Shown: positions 19,336 to 28,560 of the stretch, in pieces
How positions within the stretch are numbered: the first letter of the stretch is position 1
How the letters are laid out: every line of letters begins with the position of its first letter
DNA from: a virus
Taxonomy: Duplodnaviria; Caudoviricetes
DNA: 44,924 nt
Strand: one strand, 5' to 3'
Virus record (IMG/VR): IMGVR_UViG_3300030450_001608
Coordinates: 1 to 44,924 of that record
Made by a program: the position numbers and the translations under genes
Notes under the pieces: model-generated
What the model was told of the DNA's origin: nothing
Database searches by the model: none
Seen by the model: only the letters and a program-made list of their open reading frames with translations

Positions 19336-21426
19336 ATGACAACTAAACCGGATCTAACTCGAGTATGGGCTTCAGGCGCACCTGTAGCTAATGTTGAAGA
19401 CCCCGATGTAACAAGTCCTGGAAAATTTTCAGCTGGTTGGGCAGCGGAGGTTCCTACTTATCAGAATTTCAATTATTTGCAGCGTTTGATGACGCAAGGT
19501 CTAGCTCATATAAATGAAACAGGTATCTCAGATTGGGATCCCAATACTAAATATCAAGTAAACGGGTTATCGAAAGGCTCTGACGGATTAATATATGTTT
19601 CTCTTTCCGAACAATCTAATAATAATCCTATTTCTGATGACGGATCAAATTGGGAAAAAACAAAATTAATTTCTGAACTAAGTACTTCCCAATTAATAGA
19701 ATCAAAACGTGACTATCCTGTCGGGACTATAGTTGAAACAACTGGTTTTTCTGAATCAGATGGTTCAGGTACAGGTAAATGGTTAGCAACTTCGACAACT
19801 GGATTAACAGCCTCGCAATCACCTTCAGATAGAAACTCCGCTGAATTAGTAAGCGGGTCAGGGAGACTTTTCACCTTGGTATACCCTGCGCCCGTTGACG
19901 CACTTGGCGCGGTCGGGGATGGAGTGAGCGACGATACAGCCGTATGGGCCGCTTATCTAGCATCTTTCGGTAACAGGAAGTGTTACGGCACAGAAGGAAA
20001 AACTTACGCTATCAGCTCAACCCTTGATCTTCCTGCTGTTTGCGTTTTACATAATGCTAGTTTTGTGGACATAAACCCTGTCACAAATAGTCGTGTACTT
20101 CATTCTCCAAACAACGTATCTGCTCGACTGAACAGGGTAAATGTAGATAGGGGAGGTCTAAACAACGCTGGTAGCCTTTTAGACAGCGCTGGTATTTGGA
20201 TTTCGGGAGGCTCTGTTAAAATTTCAAATACAGAGGTGACGGGCGATGGTTTCGGAAATGGTGTAGCTTTGGACAATCCTATATCAGCAAGTTTATTCAG
20301 AGTTAGAGTCTATGAAAGCAGAGCGGGGGACTCTAGTACCACACCAGCGATCACAGATGATGTTTTCCAAGGGATTTGGATTAACCGAGGAACAGATGTA
20401 AATCTTCTTCATTGTATTGTCGAAGATACTAAAGTTGAATGGAACGGACAAGCACAAACTAGTAGATATAACAGAGGTTTTTCTTTTGGCGGTACTAAAC
20501 GTTTTACTCTAACAAATTGTACAGCTAAGTCATTAGGTCAAGCGTTTGATTTCACAGGAGACCAAAATAGCTCACAATTTACAGTTAGTGGATGCTTTGC
20601 TGTCGACGCATATAGCTGGGGATTTAAGGCCGCTAATACAGCCACTAAAGGGAAGTATATTGGATGTTATGCTATACGTTGCGATCTAGGCGGGTTCGTT
20701 GCTTCTGCCCCTCCTATAATTGTAGCTAACCCTTCCGGTGAACTTACCCAAGATATACAGTATATAGATTGTATAGCTGTGGATACAGGTTCTGTAGGAA
20801 ATTGGTCTACTTCAAGTAGTATCCATTCTTTTAGCGCGATAAGTTCTACCGAATACCCAGATTACCCACGAGGTATAAAATGGATAAATTGTAAAGCTTA
20901 TAACGGTGGATTTGCTGATCGAGGTTTCTTTAATGAAGTTTCTATTCCAGGAAATAATACGAGTTGGAACGAGACTATTAATTGTGAATCCTACGAAGCA
21001 AAAGTTGAAGAATTCAGAGGTATAAATAGGGGGATTATAGATAGGAATTCATCTTCAAATCAATCTATCCCTAACAATACAATTACAAAATTGAACTTCG
21101 GAAATACGATTACGGACGGATTTAATGGGGTAACTAGTACAACTGATATAACTATTAGAAGGTCTGGAATTTATAATATAGAGGCGTCTTACGAGATAGC
21201 AGGTAATAGTAATGGGGTCAGAACTATTTACATATATATAAATAATTCTACATTTTACAGGAAAACGCTCCCTCCTAGTGCGTCAGCTACTTCTGTTGAT
21301 ATAATTAAAACACTTGATCTTGAAGCTGGTGATATTATTGATATTAGATGCTATCAGGATTCAGGCGGACCTCTTGATGTTCAATCTGGACAAACTAGAG
21401 TTAATATCACAGAATTAAAACATTAA
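19336..21426 (+). CDS. Tail fibre/tailspike with beta-helix (depolymerase-like) and C1q-like C-terminus
   Basis: Phage anchor N-terminus (VWASGA, PTYQNFN), GAVGDGVSDDT, repetitive beta-helix, and C-terminal GIYNI..LEAGDIIDIRCYQ. Confidence 0.8.
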   Translation: MTTKPDLTRVWASGAPVANVEDPDVTSPGKFSAGWAAEVPTYQNFNYLQRLMTQGLAHINETGISDWDPNTKYQVNGLSKGSDGLIYVSLSEQSNNNPISDDGSNWEKTKLISELSTSQLIESKRDYPVGTIVETTGFSESDGSGTGKWLATSTTGLTASQSPSDRNSAELVSGSGRLFTLVYPAPVDALGAVGDGVSDDTAVWAAYLASFGNRKCYGTEGKTYAISSTLDLPAVCVLHNASFVDINPVTNSRVLHSPNNVSARLNRVNVDRGGLNNAGSLLDSAGIWISGGSVKISNTEVTGDGFGNGVALDNPISASLFRVRVYESRAGDSSTTPAITDDVFQGIWINRGTDVNLLHCIVEDTKVEWNGQAQTSRYNRGFSFGGTKRFTLTNCTAKSLGQAFDFTGDQNSSQFTVSGCFAVDAYSWGFKAANTATKGKYIGCYAIRCDLGGFVASAPPIIVANPSGELTQDIQYIDCIAVDTGSVGNWSTSSSIHSFSAISSTEYPDYPRGIKWINCKAYNGGFADRGFFNEVSIPGNNTSWNETINCESYEAKVEEFRGINRGIIDRNSSSNQSIPNNTITKLNFGNTITDGFNGVTSTTDITIRRSGIYNIEASYEIAGNSNGVRTIYIYINNSTFYRKTLPPSASATSVDIIKTLDLEAGDIIDIRCYQDSGGPLDVQSGQTRVNITELKH

Positions 21427-21439
21427 AGGATAAAATACT

Positions 21440-21859
21440 ATGTTCAAATTATCTCAAAATTCAAAAAAGCACAGAGAAGGGGTTGATCCTCGTTTGATTG
21501 AAGTTAGTGACCGCGCTATTGAGATAACTTTGGTAGATTTCGGACATGACCGCTTCGGCGGTCTTCGGACTCCAGAGTTACAGAACGAACTCTATAGAAA
21601 TGGTAAATCTCAGCGTGATGGTTATAATATTAAAAGTTATCATCAAACGGGTAAAGCTTTGGATTTCTACGCTTATGTCGACGGGAAGGTAAGCTACTAT
21701 CAACCGCATTTGGCTATGGTAGCATGTAGTTTTTTCCAAGCGGCTTCAGATCTGAACTATAGAATTTCATGGGGAGGGTTATGGCGGTCTAAAAACCCTA
21801 AAATTATAGATTCTATCCCTTACGGGTGGGACTGCCCTCATATACAGTTAGAGGAATAA
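21440..21859 (+). CDS. Endolysin, M15-family L-Ala-D-Glu peptidase
   Basis: GLRT..Q..LY..G, SYHQTGKALD, WGG.W, WDCPHIQL. Confidence 0.9.
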   Translation: MFKLSQNSKKHREGVDPRLIEVSDRAIEITLVDFGHDRFGGLRTPELQNELYRNGKSQRDGYNIKSYHQTGKALDFYAYVDGKVSYYQPHLAMVACSFFQAASDLNYRISWGGLWRSKNPKIIDSIPYGWDCPHIQLEE

Positions 21860-21862
21860 TTT

Positions 21863-22219
21863 ATGTGGAGTGTTATTGTTGGAGGTATAACTTCTTTGGT
21901 TTCGGGCTGGTTTGAAAATAAGAAGATTGAACAACAATCTAAACTCGAAACTAAATTAGCTGAAATAGAAGCTGAATCTGATTATGATAATCTGGCTCAA
22001 AAGAACATGCAAACGTCATGGAAAGATGAATATCTTATACTAATTTTTACAGCCCCTCTTATCATAGGTTATTTTGATGAAGAAAGAGCTATAAAATGGG
22101 TGAATTTTGTTAAAGAAATGCCCCTCTGGTATCAGGTTATATTGTTCGGTATAGTGGCTGCTACTTTCGGCCTTAGATGGTGGTTTAAAGATAAGCAAGC
22201 AAAACTTCTTATGGATTAA
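21863..22219 (+). CDS. Putative holin (3-TM type)
   Basis: Follows the endolysin; hydrophobic segments; SWKDE and MPLWYQ..FGLR. Confidence 0.7.
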   Translation: MWSVIVGGITSLVSGWFENKKIEQQSKLETKLAEIEAESDYDNLAQKNMQTSWKDEYLILIFTAPLIIGYFDEERAIKWVNFVKEMPLWYQVILFGIVAATFGLRWWFKDKQAKLLMD

Positions 22220-23651
22220 TCTCCATTCTGTATTGTTTAATAGCTTCCCTCAAATCTAATTGTTGGGAAGCTCTTTCTCCCAATCTCTTCATAATTGCTT
22301 TATCAACTGTCCCTTTAGCTATAGCATGATGAACTCTAACTTTACCCTTAACACCTTGTCTATGTATACGTTTATTAAATTGAATATACGTTTCTAAATT
22401 CCAAGGTATGGAATACCAAAAAATATCATTACCGCTTTGCTGTAGATTTAAGCCGTGGGACATACTATCCGGTTGACAAGCTAAGTAAGGTAATTTACCA
22501 GCGTTCCAGTCGTCCTCTAACTGTTTAGACTGCTTAGGGGTAACACCGCTACCGATAAAAGGTAAATCGCTTCCCAGGAGCTTTCTGAGGGCTTCTAGGT
22601 CGTGTTTAAAATTATAGGCTATTAATATCGGCTTACCATTTAACTCGTCAATTAATTCTTGTAGGGCTTTGGCTTTTTCATCATGTACAAATAAGGTTTT
22701 ACGGGTCTTCCTAAAACGGCGCTCTTCTTCCTCAGTTAAATCTTCAGGGATATCCTCGTATACTTGCCCGTTAGCAATTTGGTGACATTTCATAGACGCT
22801 TGAGCTTGAGCTTCAGCGCTTGCTTCCAAACTATCTATTTCTATAAACATTTCCTTTTCCATTTCTTTATAGTAAGAAAATGCTTTAGGTGGTAATTCTA
22901 CTTCTATATCGTTATATAAGATATCAGGTAAAGTTAGATAATCTTTAGCTGACATTTCTAATACTATATGGCTTACTTTTTTATGAATAATATCTTCTTG
23001 GAAGTCTTTTATTTCCCAGTTATATTTGTTCCAGTCATCAGCTTCAAAGTGTTCTGCTCGGAACTTGTAAAAATTAGGGTTTAAAGTTTTACCCTCGTCA
23101 AGGATATATATTTGTGACCATAAATCCAATAAAGATTTAGGGGAAGGAGTTCCAGTCATTATATGGCGGCGTTTGAATAATGGTAACATACTGCATAATA
23201 ATTCGAACCGTTTACCAAGTGCGTTTTTAAACTTGGTACTTTCATCAATCCAAAGAGTATTAAAAGGTGACTTCTTACCTGCTTTTAATCCGGTAAGTAA
23301 TTCTTTAAATAACCACGGCAATCCCTCAGGGTTTATAAGATATATATCTTTATGTTTACCCCATAGAGTATCTCGGGTTTTATCGTGTAATACGGTACAG
23401 GTTAGGCGGTTGAAATTATCCCACTTTTTAATTTCGCTAGGCCAAACAGAATAACAGACTCGCAAAGGAGCTACCATAAGAACCCCTTTAATTTCACCTA
23501 TGTTTTTTAATGTACGGATAGCCCAAAGGCTCGTTGAAGTTTTACCAAGTCCAGGATCTAAGAATAACCCTGAACGTGGATTTGTAAGGAGGAATGAAAC
23601 CGCTTTTATTTGGTAATTGTGCGGTTTCCATATTTTAGGCTTTGAGTTCAT
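22209..23651 (-). CDS. SNF2-family DNA helicase
   Basis: LDPGLGKT, IDEST, MTGTP, HGLNLQ, RIHRQG. Confidence 0.92.
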   Translation of the reverse strand: MNSKPKIWKPHNYQIKAVSFLLTNPRSGLFLDPGLGKTSTSLWAIRTLKNIGEIKGVLMVAPLRVCYSVWPSEIKKWDNFNRLTCTVLHDKTRDTLWGKHKDIYLINPEGLPWLFKELLTGLKAGKKSPFNTLWIDESTKFKNALGKRFELLCSMLPLFKRRHIMTGTPSPKSLLDLWSQIYILDEGKTLNPNFYKFRAEHFEADDWNKYNWEIKDFQEDIIHKKVSHIVLEMSAKDYLTLPDILYNDIEVELPPKAFSYYKEMEKEMFIEIDSLEASAEAQAQASMKCHQIANGQVYEDIPEDLTEEEERRFRKTRKTLFVHDEKAKALQELIDELNGKPILIAYNFKHDLEALRKLLGSDLPFIGSGVTPKQSKQLEDDWNAGKLPYLACQPDSMSHGLNLQQSGNDIFWYSIPWNLETYIQFNKRIHRQGVKGKVRVHHAIAKGTVDKAIMKRLGERASQQLDLREAIKQYRMEINP

Positions 23652-24051
23652 CCAGGACGGCTTCCATATTGCTACGCTTACAAAGCCTAGCCATATTTAG
23701 ATAAATGTCTTCAGGCGATGGCTCGTAAGGTCTAAAATAAATTCTACGTAGCATCATAGCATTTTTGATAATAGCTTTATACATATCGCTATCTAATTTA
23801 AAACCGCGTTTTCCCAGTTCTTCGATAAGTTGGTTGTAACGTTCAAGCAACCATCCAATCTTATTGTAGAAGAACTTCATGTGCTCTATACCAAGGCAAT
23901 ATTTCTTAGGGATACCGATCGTAATCGGATTCATAATGTTTTCCGATTGCAGTTTATGAACAGCGGTGAAAATACGAGGTATCTCACGGTATTCAGCCAT
24001 CAAATGCTTATCGCTAAGAACTTCTACTGGTACAACATTGATACGAGTCAT
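23635..24051 (-). CDS. denV: Pyrimidine-dimer DNA glycosylase (T4 endonuclease V-like)
   Basis: MTRIN (Thr2 nucleophile), DKHLMAEYREIPRIF, YCLG..HMKFFYNK. Confidence 0.9.
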   Translation of the reverse strand: MTRINVVPVEVLSDKHLMAEYREIPRIFTAVHKLQSENIMNPITIGIPKKYCLGIEHMKFFYNKIGWLLERYNQLIEELGKRGFKLDSDMYKAIIKNAMMLRRIYFRPYEPSPEDIYLNMARLCKRSNMEAVLDELKA

Positions 24052-24308
24052 TATCCGCGCTCCTCTAAAGTTAAATCTATTAAACGGCTTTTGGAATCAT
24101 AGTAATAAGCACGGCCATTATATAACATTTCTACAATCGCTTCTTTAAACCTGAGCGTTTCACAATCGCAAGCTGTAGCCAATGCTAAAATTTTATCCGA
24201 CCATTCATCGCAACCTAACAGATTAAAAGTTACATTTAATTCCGAACAACCATAAGCATTGATAGTGAAGATAACATGAGGGTATCTCATCTGCTGCATT
24301 AAATTCAT
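24051..24308 (-). CDS. Hypothetical protein
   Basis: aaacagga RBS and upstream promoter; coupled to denV by TAATG. Confidence 0.7.
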   Translation of the reverse strand: MNLMQQMRYPHVIFTINAYGCSELNVTFNLLGCDEWSDKILALATACDCETLRFKEAIVEMLYNGRAYYYDSKSRLIDLTLEERG

Positions 24309-24358
24309 AACTGTTTTTCCTGTTTTGTTGTGTTTCGTTGTTTACGTTACTTGAGTTC

Positions 24359-24386
24359 ATAATATCACATCCGTTCTAGAATGCAA
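24359..24386 (-). promoter_or_regulatory. Sigma70-like promoter (TTGCAT-16-TATTAT, extended TG)
   Basis: The - strand reads ttgcat tctagaacggatgtga tattat gaactca, the same layout as 218..245. Confidence 0.7.
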
Positions 24387-24717
24387 GGAAATCATCTAAT
24401 ATTTTTTCAGCTTGTCCAGGACGGTCACAAACGTAGTACTCAAACCCTAATCCTTTTAGTAGATTCATATATTTTACTTGAGCAGGTGTTTGCGGTTTCC
24501 CAGGACGTTTAAACTCTATAAACAGTATACGTCCTTCAGGGCATACAACCGTTCTATCTGGCCATCCCCGTAGGTTTAAGAGTATAAGTTTTAAAGCGGT
24601 ACATCCCAAAGTTTTAGCGTATCTAACAAAAGGTTTTTCTATATCAACCTTTTCATCAATAGCGGCTTTTTTCTTGGTTAGTTTATTGGCGTTATTTAAG
24701 AATTGTTCTACAGACAT
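24376..24717 (-). CDS. VRR-NUC nuclease / Holliday junction resolvase
   Basis: E...IE, GWPDR, FIEFKRPG, Q: PD-(D/E)xK pattern. Confidence 0.9.
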   Translation of the reverse strand: MSVEQFLNNANKLTKKKAAIDEKVDIEKPFVRYAKTLGCTALKLILLNLRGWPDRTVVCPEGRILFIEFKRPGKPQTPAQVKYMNLLKGLGFEYYVCDRPGQAEKILDDFLAF

Positions 24718-24749
24718 AAAAAAGACCTCCTAACAAAAGCTAGGAGGTC
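24718..24749 (-). terminator. Rho-independent terminator containing the VRR-NUC RBS
   Basis: The - strand reads gacctccta..taggaggtc TTTTTT ATG. Confidence 0.8.
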
Positions 24750-24791
24750 AACACCAGCTAGGGGAAAAACCTTCCTAGCAAGTTACCCGAA

Positions 24792-25112
24792 TTACAGTTC
24801 TTCTAGTTGCTCAGAAGCTTCTGCAAAGCTACGCACTACACCTGAAAGTTCGGTTGCTGATTCCATAATTTTATCAGCCAGTGCCGCAATTTCTTCAGAT
24901 GAACCATCGCTGAACGTTTTGTAAATTGCTGCTGTAGCTTTACTCAGTTCGGCTTTATGGTCTTTTACATCTTTACGAGCTTGAGCCTGAGTTTTCTTAG
25001 CGGCTTTACGCTCTTCTTTACCAGCATCCAGTTCTTCGCGCAGCGCTTTTTCTTGCTCGCGCATTGCTTTTTTCTGTTCACGTAGTTTTTTCAGTTCTTC
25101 CATTTTTGACAT
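24792..25112 (-). CDS. Lys/Ala/Glu-rich coiled-coil protein
   Basis: GGAGA RBS; own promoter and terminator. Confidence 0.75.
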   Translation of the reverse strand: MSKMEELKKLREQKKAMREQEKALREELDAGKEERKAAKKTQAQARKDVKDHKAELSKATAAIYKTFSDGSSEEIAALADKIMESATELSGVVRSFAEASEQLEEL

Positions 25113-25165
25113 GGGATATCTCCGGTTTGTTTAAATTAAAAATAATGTGTTTAAATGTGGATATC

Positions 25166-25194
25166 ATTATTACTTAGGTTTTAAATTATGTAAA
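25166..25194 (-). promoter_or_regulatory. Sigma70-like promoter (TTTACA-17-AATAAT)
   Basis: The - strand reads tttaca taatttaaaacctaagt aataat. Confidence 0.55.
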
Positions 25195-25199
25195 CCTAT

Positions 25200-27098
25200 T
25201 TAATCTAGTTTTTTGAAACCTATATTCTTCAAAATAGTTTTACATTCTTCAATATACCAATCGTAATCTAGGTCATTTGGTATTTTATCCGGTAAAACCA
25301 TAAGTGGAACACCGCCTTCAGACTTTGGAACTTTGTTGCCGCTGGTGGAATAATAAATAGCGTCTAGTTCTTCATTACCATAATACCAACGGATAGCCTT
25401 ACCAATTAACTTTCCATTTTTAACCGCACCGCCGTTAACCGTTCTTACCGTTAAAAACTCTTTTATATCTTTACAGTTTTTAACCGTTGTTTCTACAGGT
25501 GTATCGTGTTGTAAAAACTCTTTAACCGCTGTAACACAAATACGGTTTACAGGGTTACTACGTGGACGGTAATAATGCTCAGACTGGTCTGCATAAGCGC
25601 CTTTCCCTTTACAGTACCCTTCAGCAACCGCTATATAATTGTTGACGTCACGGCTGTTCAGACTTGTGTAATCGGTAGCTTCCATATCGTAACCAGTGTC
25701 TAACATCCACTCCCCTATAATACCGTCAGCGAGGTCTTCTTGTTCCGGCTTAAACTTGGTAACAATACCATCGGTATTAGCACTTATGACACTGATACCA
25801 GCAAGCTCAAGTCGTTCTATCAGCATCAACAAACTTAACTGACCTGTTATAGTTACTTGCATCATAAGGTCTGGTGAATATACGGCTGACCACTTACTTC
25901 CAAGCTTACCGAACAATCCGTTAATTACGATTTTAAGGGATTCATTGATAACTTTATAGTAATCTTCGAGCTTTTTATCACCTGATTTTTTAGCGGCTTT
26001 TTGTTTGGCTTTGGCGTCCAAGCGAGTCATTACTATTTTACGGTATATCTTAAGAAAGGGTTTACCAATATGTTTAGGAAATAACTCGTTAAGAAGTATA
26101 ATCCAAGGGTAAAAACTCGCTACGTCGTAATCTCTTAAAATATAACCGTCGTTTGTAACTCTGGTTGATTTCTCATTACTATGTAAACCACCTATACCGA
26201 CAGTATATTTTGTATTTTTAAATTTGAATTTAAATTGGCCTTTTTTGTCCGGCATCTTACCTTTATTTTTACCAGACTTTATTCGGTCTTCTTCAAGTAA
26301 TTCAAAATTAAAACTACTATATCCACCGGCACCGATTGTGAAAGGTCTAGTACAATATTGGTTAAATACGTAATTCATTATCTCTGTTTCAAACACAAGG
26401 TTCTCAGGCGGTTTATATCTAAACCTAGTACCTTCTTCCACTTTTGGTCTTTTTACTGAAATATTATAATCTTCGGACAATGCTTTCTTAAATACCGCTT
26501 CCGCTATTTGAGCATCAGATTTAGAACGCATATCAACACCGTATTCTTCGGTCATGTTATAACGTAGTTCTAATTCTGGTAATAAGAATTCACCTAATAT
26601 CCAGGTAATTTCATTATCGTTAATACAGTAATCCAACATTGGTTTACGCTGGTGGTCTTGGATAACTGCATCGGGTTCTAACGGGAGGTCTTGCATGGTA
26701 GGGCAATCCATACGACCACCATAAATCTTAAGACTGGCAGTAAGTGGAGCGACTTCAATTAAATCGATATGGTCTATTTTAAGTGCTGCGACTCCTAATT
26801 GTTTCCTAACTTGCCAAGGTTGTTTCCCTTCCTCAATTAGCATATTAGTAACAAGCTTTAAAGATTTATTACTTAAACCCATCAAAGCACATTCTAACAT
26901 CGTAATATCATATTTATTTCCGTTAAATGTTAGGATTGTATATTTGTTGAGAATATGGAGAATGTTTTTACGTTGTAACTCGCTATCGTTGAATTTTTCA
27001 AAATGTAAAACATCTCCAGTGGTGACCTTACGGAACACCACCAGAAAATAATTGATATAGCATTCAACATCACAAGTTATAAACTTGGATATATCCAC
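25200..27098 (-). CDS. Family-B DNA polymerase with 3'-5' exonuclease
   Basis: Exo motifs DVECY, FNGNKYD, YCIND. Pol motifs DVASFYP, KIVINGLFGK, NTDG. Confidence 0.9.
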   Translation of the reverse strand: MDISKFITCDVECYINYFLVVFRKVTTGDVLHFEKFNDSELQRKNILHILNKYTILTFNGNKYDITMLECALMGLSNKSLKLVTNMLIEEGKQPWQVRKQLGVAALKIDHIDLIEVAPLTASLKIYGGRMDCPTMQDLPLEPDAVIQDHQRKPMLDYCINDNEITWILGEFLLPELELRYNMTEEYGVDMRSKSDAQIAEAVFKKALSEDYNISVKRPKVEEGTRFRYKPPENLVFETEIMNYVFNQYCTRPFTIGAGGYSSFNFELLEEDRIKSGKNKGKMPDKKGQFKFKFKNTKYTVGIGGLHSNEKSTRVTNDGYILRDYDVASFYPWIILLNELFPKHIGKPFLKIYRKIVMTRLDAKAKQKAAKKSGDKKLEDYYKVINESLKIVINGLFGKLGSKWSAVYSPDLMMQVTITGQLSLLMLIERLELAGISVISANTDGIVTKFKPEQEDLADGIIGEWMLDTGYDMEATDYTSLNSRDVNNYIAVAEGYCKGKGAYADQSEHYYRPRSNPVNRICVTAVKEFLQHDTPVETTVKNCKDIKEFLTVRTVNGGAVKNGKLIGKAIRWYYGNEELDAIYYSTSGNKVPKSEGGVPLMVLPDKIPNDLDYDWYIEECKTILKNIGFKKLD

Positions 27099-27634
27099 TA
27101 TCTAACTCCTTTACTACCTGTAACACCAGATTGATTATTATACTGACCTTTTGCAGCATAAGAGTTATCGTCAGGGACAGGTTCACATTCGTAAAATACA
27201 ATTTGACCTATCTTCATACCCGCTTCTATTTCTAGCTCTGTAAAGTTAAGCGTATTGTAAAATTCCAAAGTTAATTTAGAACCATACCATCCAGGATCGC
27301 ACCAACCGGCTAACATATGCTGAAGCCCTGAGCGAGCTAATGAGGACTTTAATTTGTATTCTGCTGCGATATTGTTGGGGAGGTTAAAAGTCTCCGCTGA
27401 GGACGCTAGACAGAATTCCTTAGGCGGCAATACTAAAGATTTACCTTCTACATGCACCATACAAGGAGTTTCTTTATTTTTAAGTTTAACCGGATTGGTA
27501 TTGGTTTTAGATTCAATCATAAAACCTTCGTCCAAGGTAATATCAATACTCGCCCCGTTAACATTTTCAAAAGGAGCGTCAATAATACCTTGCTCAATCA
27601 ACTTGATTAAACCATTATAAGAAATTAACGACAT
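27098..27634 (-). CDS. dcd: dCTP deaminase
   Basis: ASIDITL, KSSLARSG, AGWCDPGWYG..LTLE, GMKIGQ, GQYNNQ. Confidence 0.9.
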   Translation of the reverse strand: MSLISYNGLIKLIEQGIIDAPFENVNGASIDITLDEGFMIESKTNTNPVKLKNKETPCMVHVEGKSLVLPPKEFCLASSAETFNLPNNIAAEYKLKSSLARSGLQHMLAGWCDPGWYGSKLTLEFYNTLNFTELEIEAGMKIGQIVFYECEPVPDDNSYAAKGQYNNQSGVTGSKGVR

Positions 27635-27637
27635 AAA

Positions 27638-28072
27638 TTACCCCTTAGTATATTCTGATTTTTCTAACTCAATACCGATTAATTCAGAAATTAAAGTTTG
27701 AGCTTGATCGTATTGACCGTTACAAATAGCTATGAATATCTGAGATTCTTTCGGTTCAAGTTGTTTAGAAAATCTAACAATATTTTCATTGATAGATTTT
27801 ACCTTAACCATAAATACAGCATTTTCTTCAGCTTTGGCGATATAATGCGCAGCTTTACGTAAATCTTCAACACCGTTTTTATCTCTCCAACGGGTGATAT
27901 ATTTAGTTGCACAACCTAAAAGGTAAGGCATCAAAGTATCGCAAACCATATCCCAATGCTGATACTCTTTTTGATAATGTTTACCACCGATTTGATAATC
28001 GTTAACGTCCATAGCTCGCTCCTCATTAGCGGTTACTAGATCTACTTTCATTTGTTGTTGAGCAAGGTTCAT
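27638..28072 (-). CDS. DUF3310 protein (T7 gp1.7-like nucleotide kinase family)
   Basis: QIGGKHY, GCATKYITRWRDKNGVEDLRKA.HY. Confidence 0.8.
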   Translation of the reverse strand: MNLAQQQMKVDLVTANEERAMDVNDYQIGGKHYQKEYQHWDMVCDTLMPYLLGCATKYITRWRDKNGVEDLRKAAHYIAKAEENAVFMVKVKSINENIVRFSKQLEPKESQIFIAICNGQYDQAQTLISELIGIELEKSEYTKG

Positions 28073-28560
28073 AATGTGCGCTCCACAAGTTCGTCAAGGT
28101 AACGTTTAATATCACCTATTAGCATATCATTGAAATTACTAGCTAAGAAACCATACCAAGCCGTAAAAGGTTTTTGAGCATGGATTTCACCCATTTCATA
28201 ACGATACGCGCAATACGTCATACCTTCAAGACAATCGCACAATTTAAGTTGACGGGCTTCTTCATCAGAAACAACATACTTTACACCTAAATCGTATATA
28301 ATTTTTTCTTCATATTCGTCAAGTAAAGTTTTAATATCTGGGTTAGCCCATTTGGTCGTCGCAGGGATATCACCCGTATAAAGTTCACCGATATCATGTG
28401 TTAACGCATACATAATCGCATTACGAGTGCAATTAGGGAAAAACTTTTCCATAAGCATAGCTACACCCCATTGATGTTCGCTCAGCTTCTGTTTAGTAAC
28501 TCCTACAGCCTGATGGAAACGCTCAACATTCCCACTTTCCATTACTTTATTGATATCCAT
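28069..28560 (-). CDS. HD-domain (YfbR-like) nucleotide phosphohydrolase; likely start 28560
   Basis: RFH, SEHQW, LTHDIGELYTGDIP, KLCD. TAATG coupling to the upstream gene. Confidence 0.85.
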   Translation of the reverse strand: MDINKVMESGNVERFHQAVGVTKQKLSEHQWGVAMLMEKFFPNCTRNAIMYALTHDIGELYTGDIPATTKWANPDIKTLLDEYEEKIIYDLGVKYVVSDEEARQLKLCDCLEGMTYCAYRYEMGEIHAQKPFTAWYGFLASNFNDMLIGDIKRYLDELVERTL

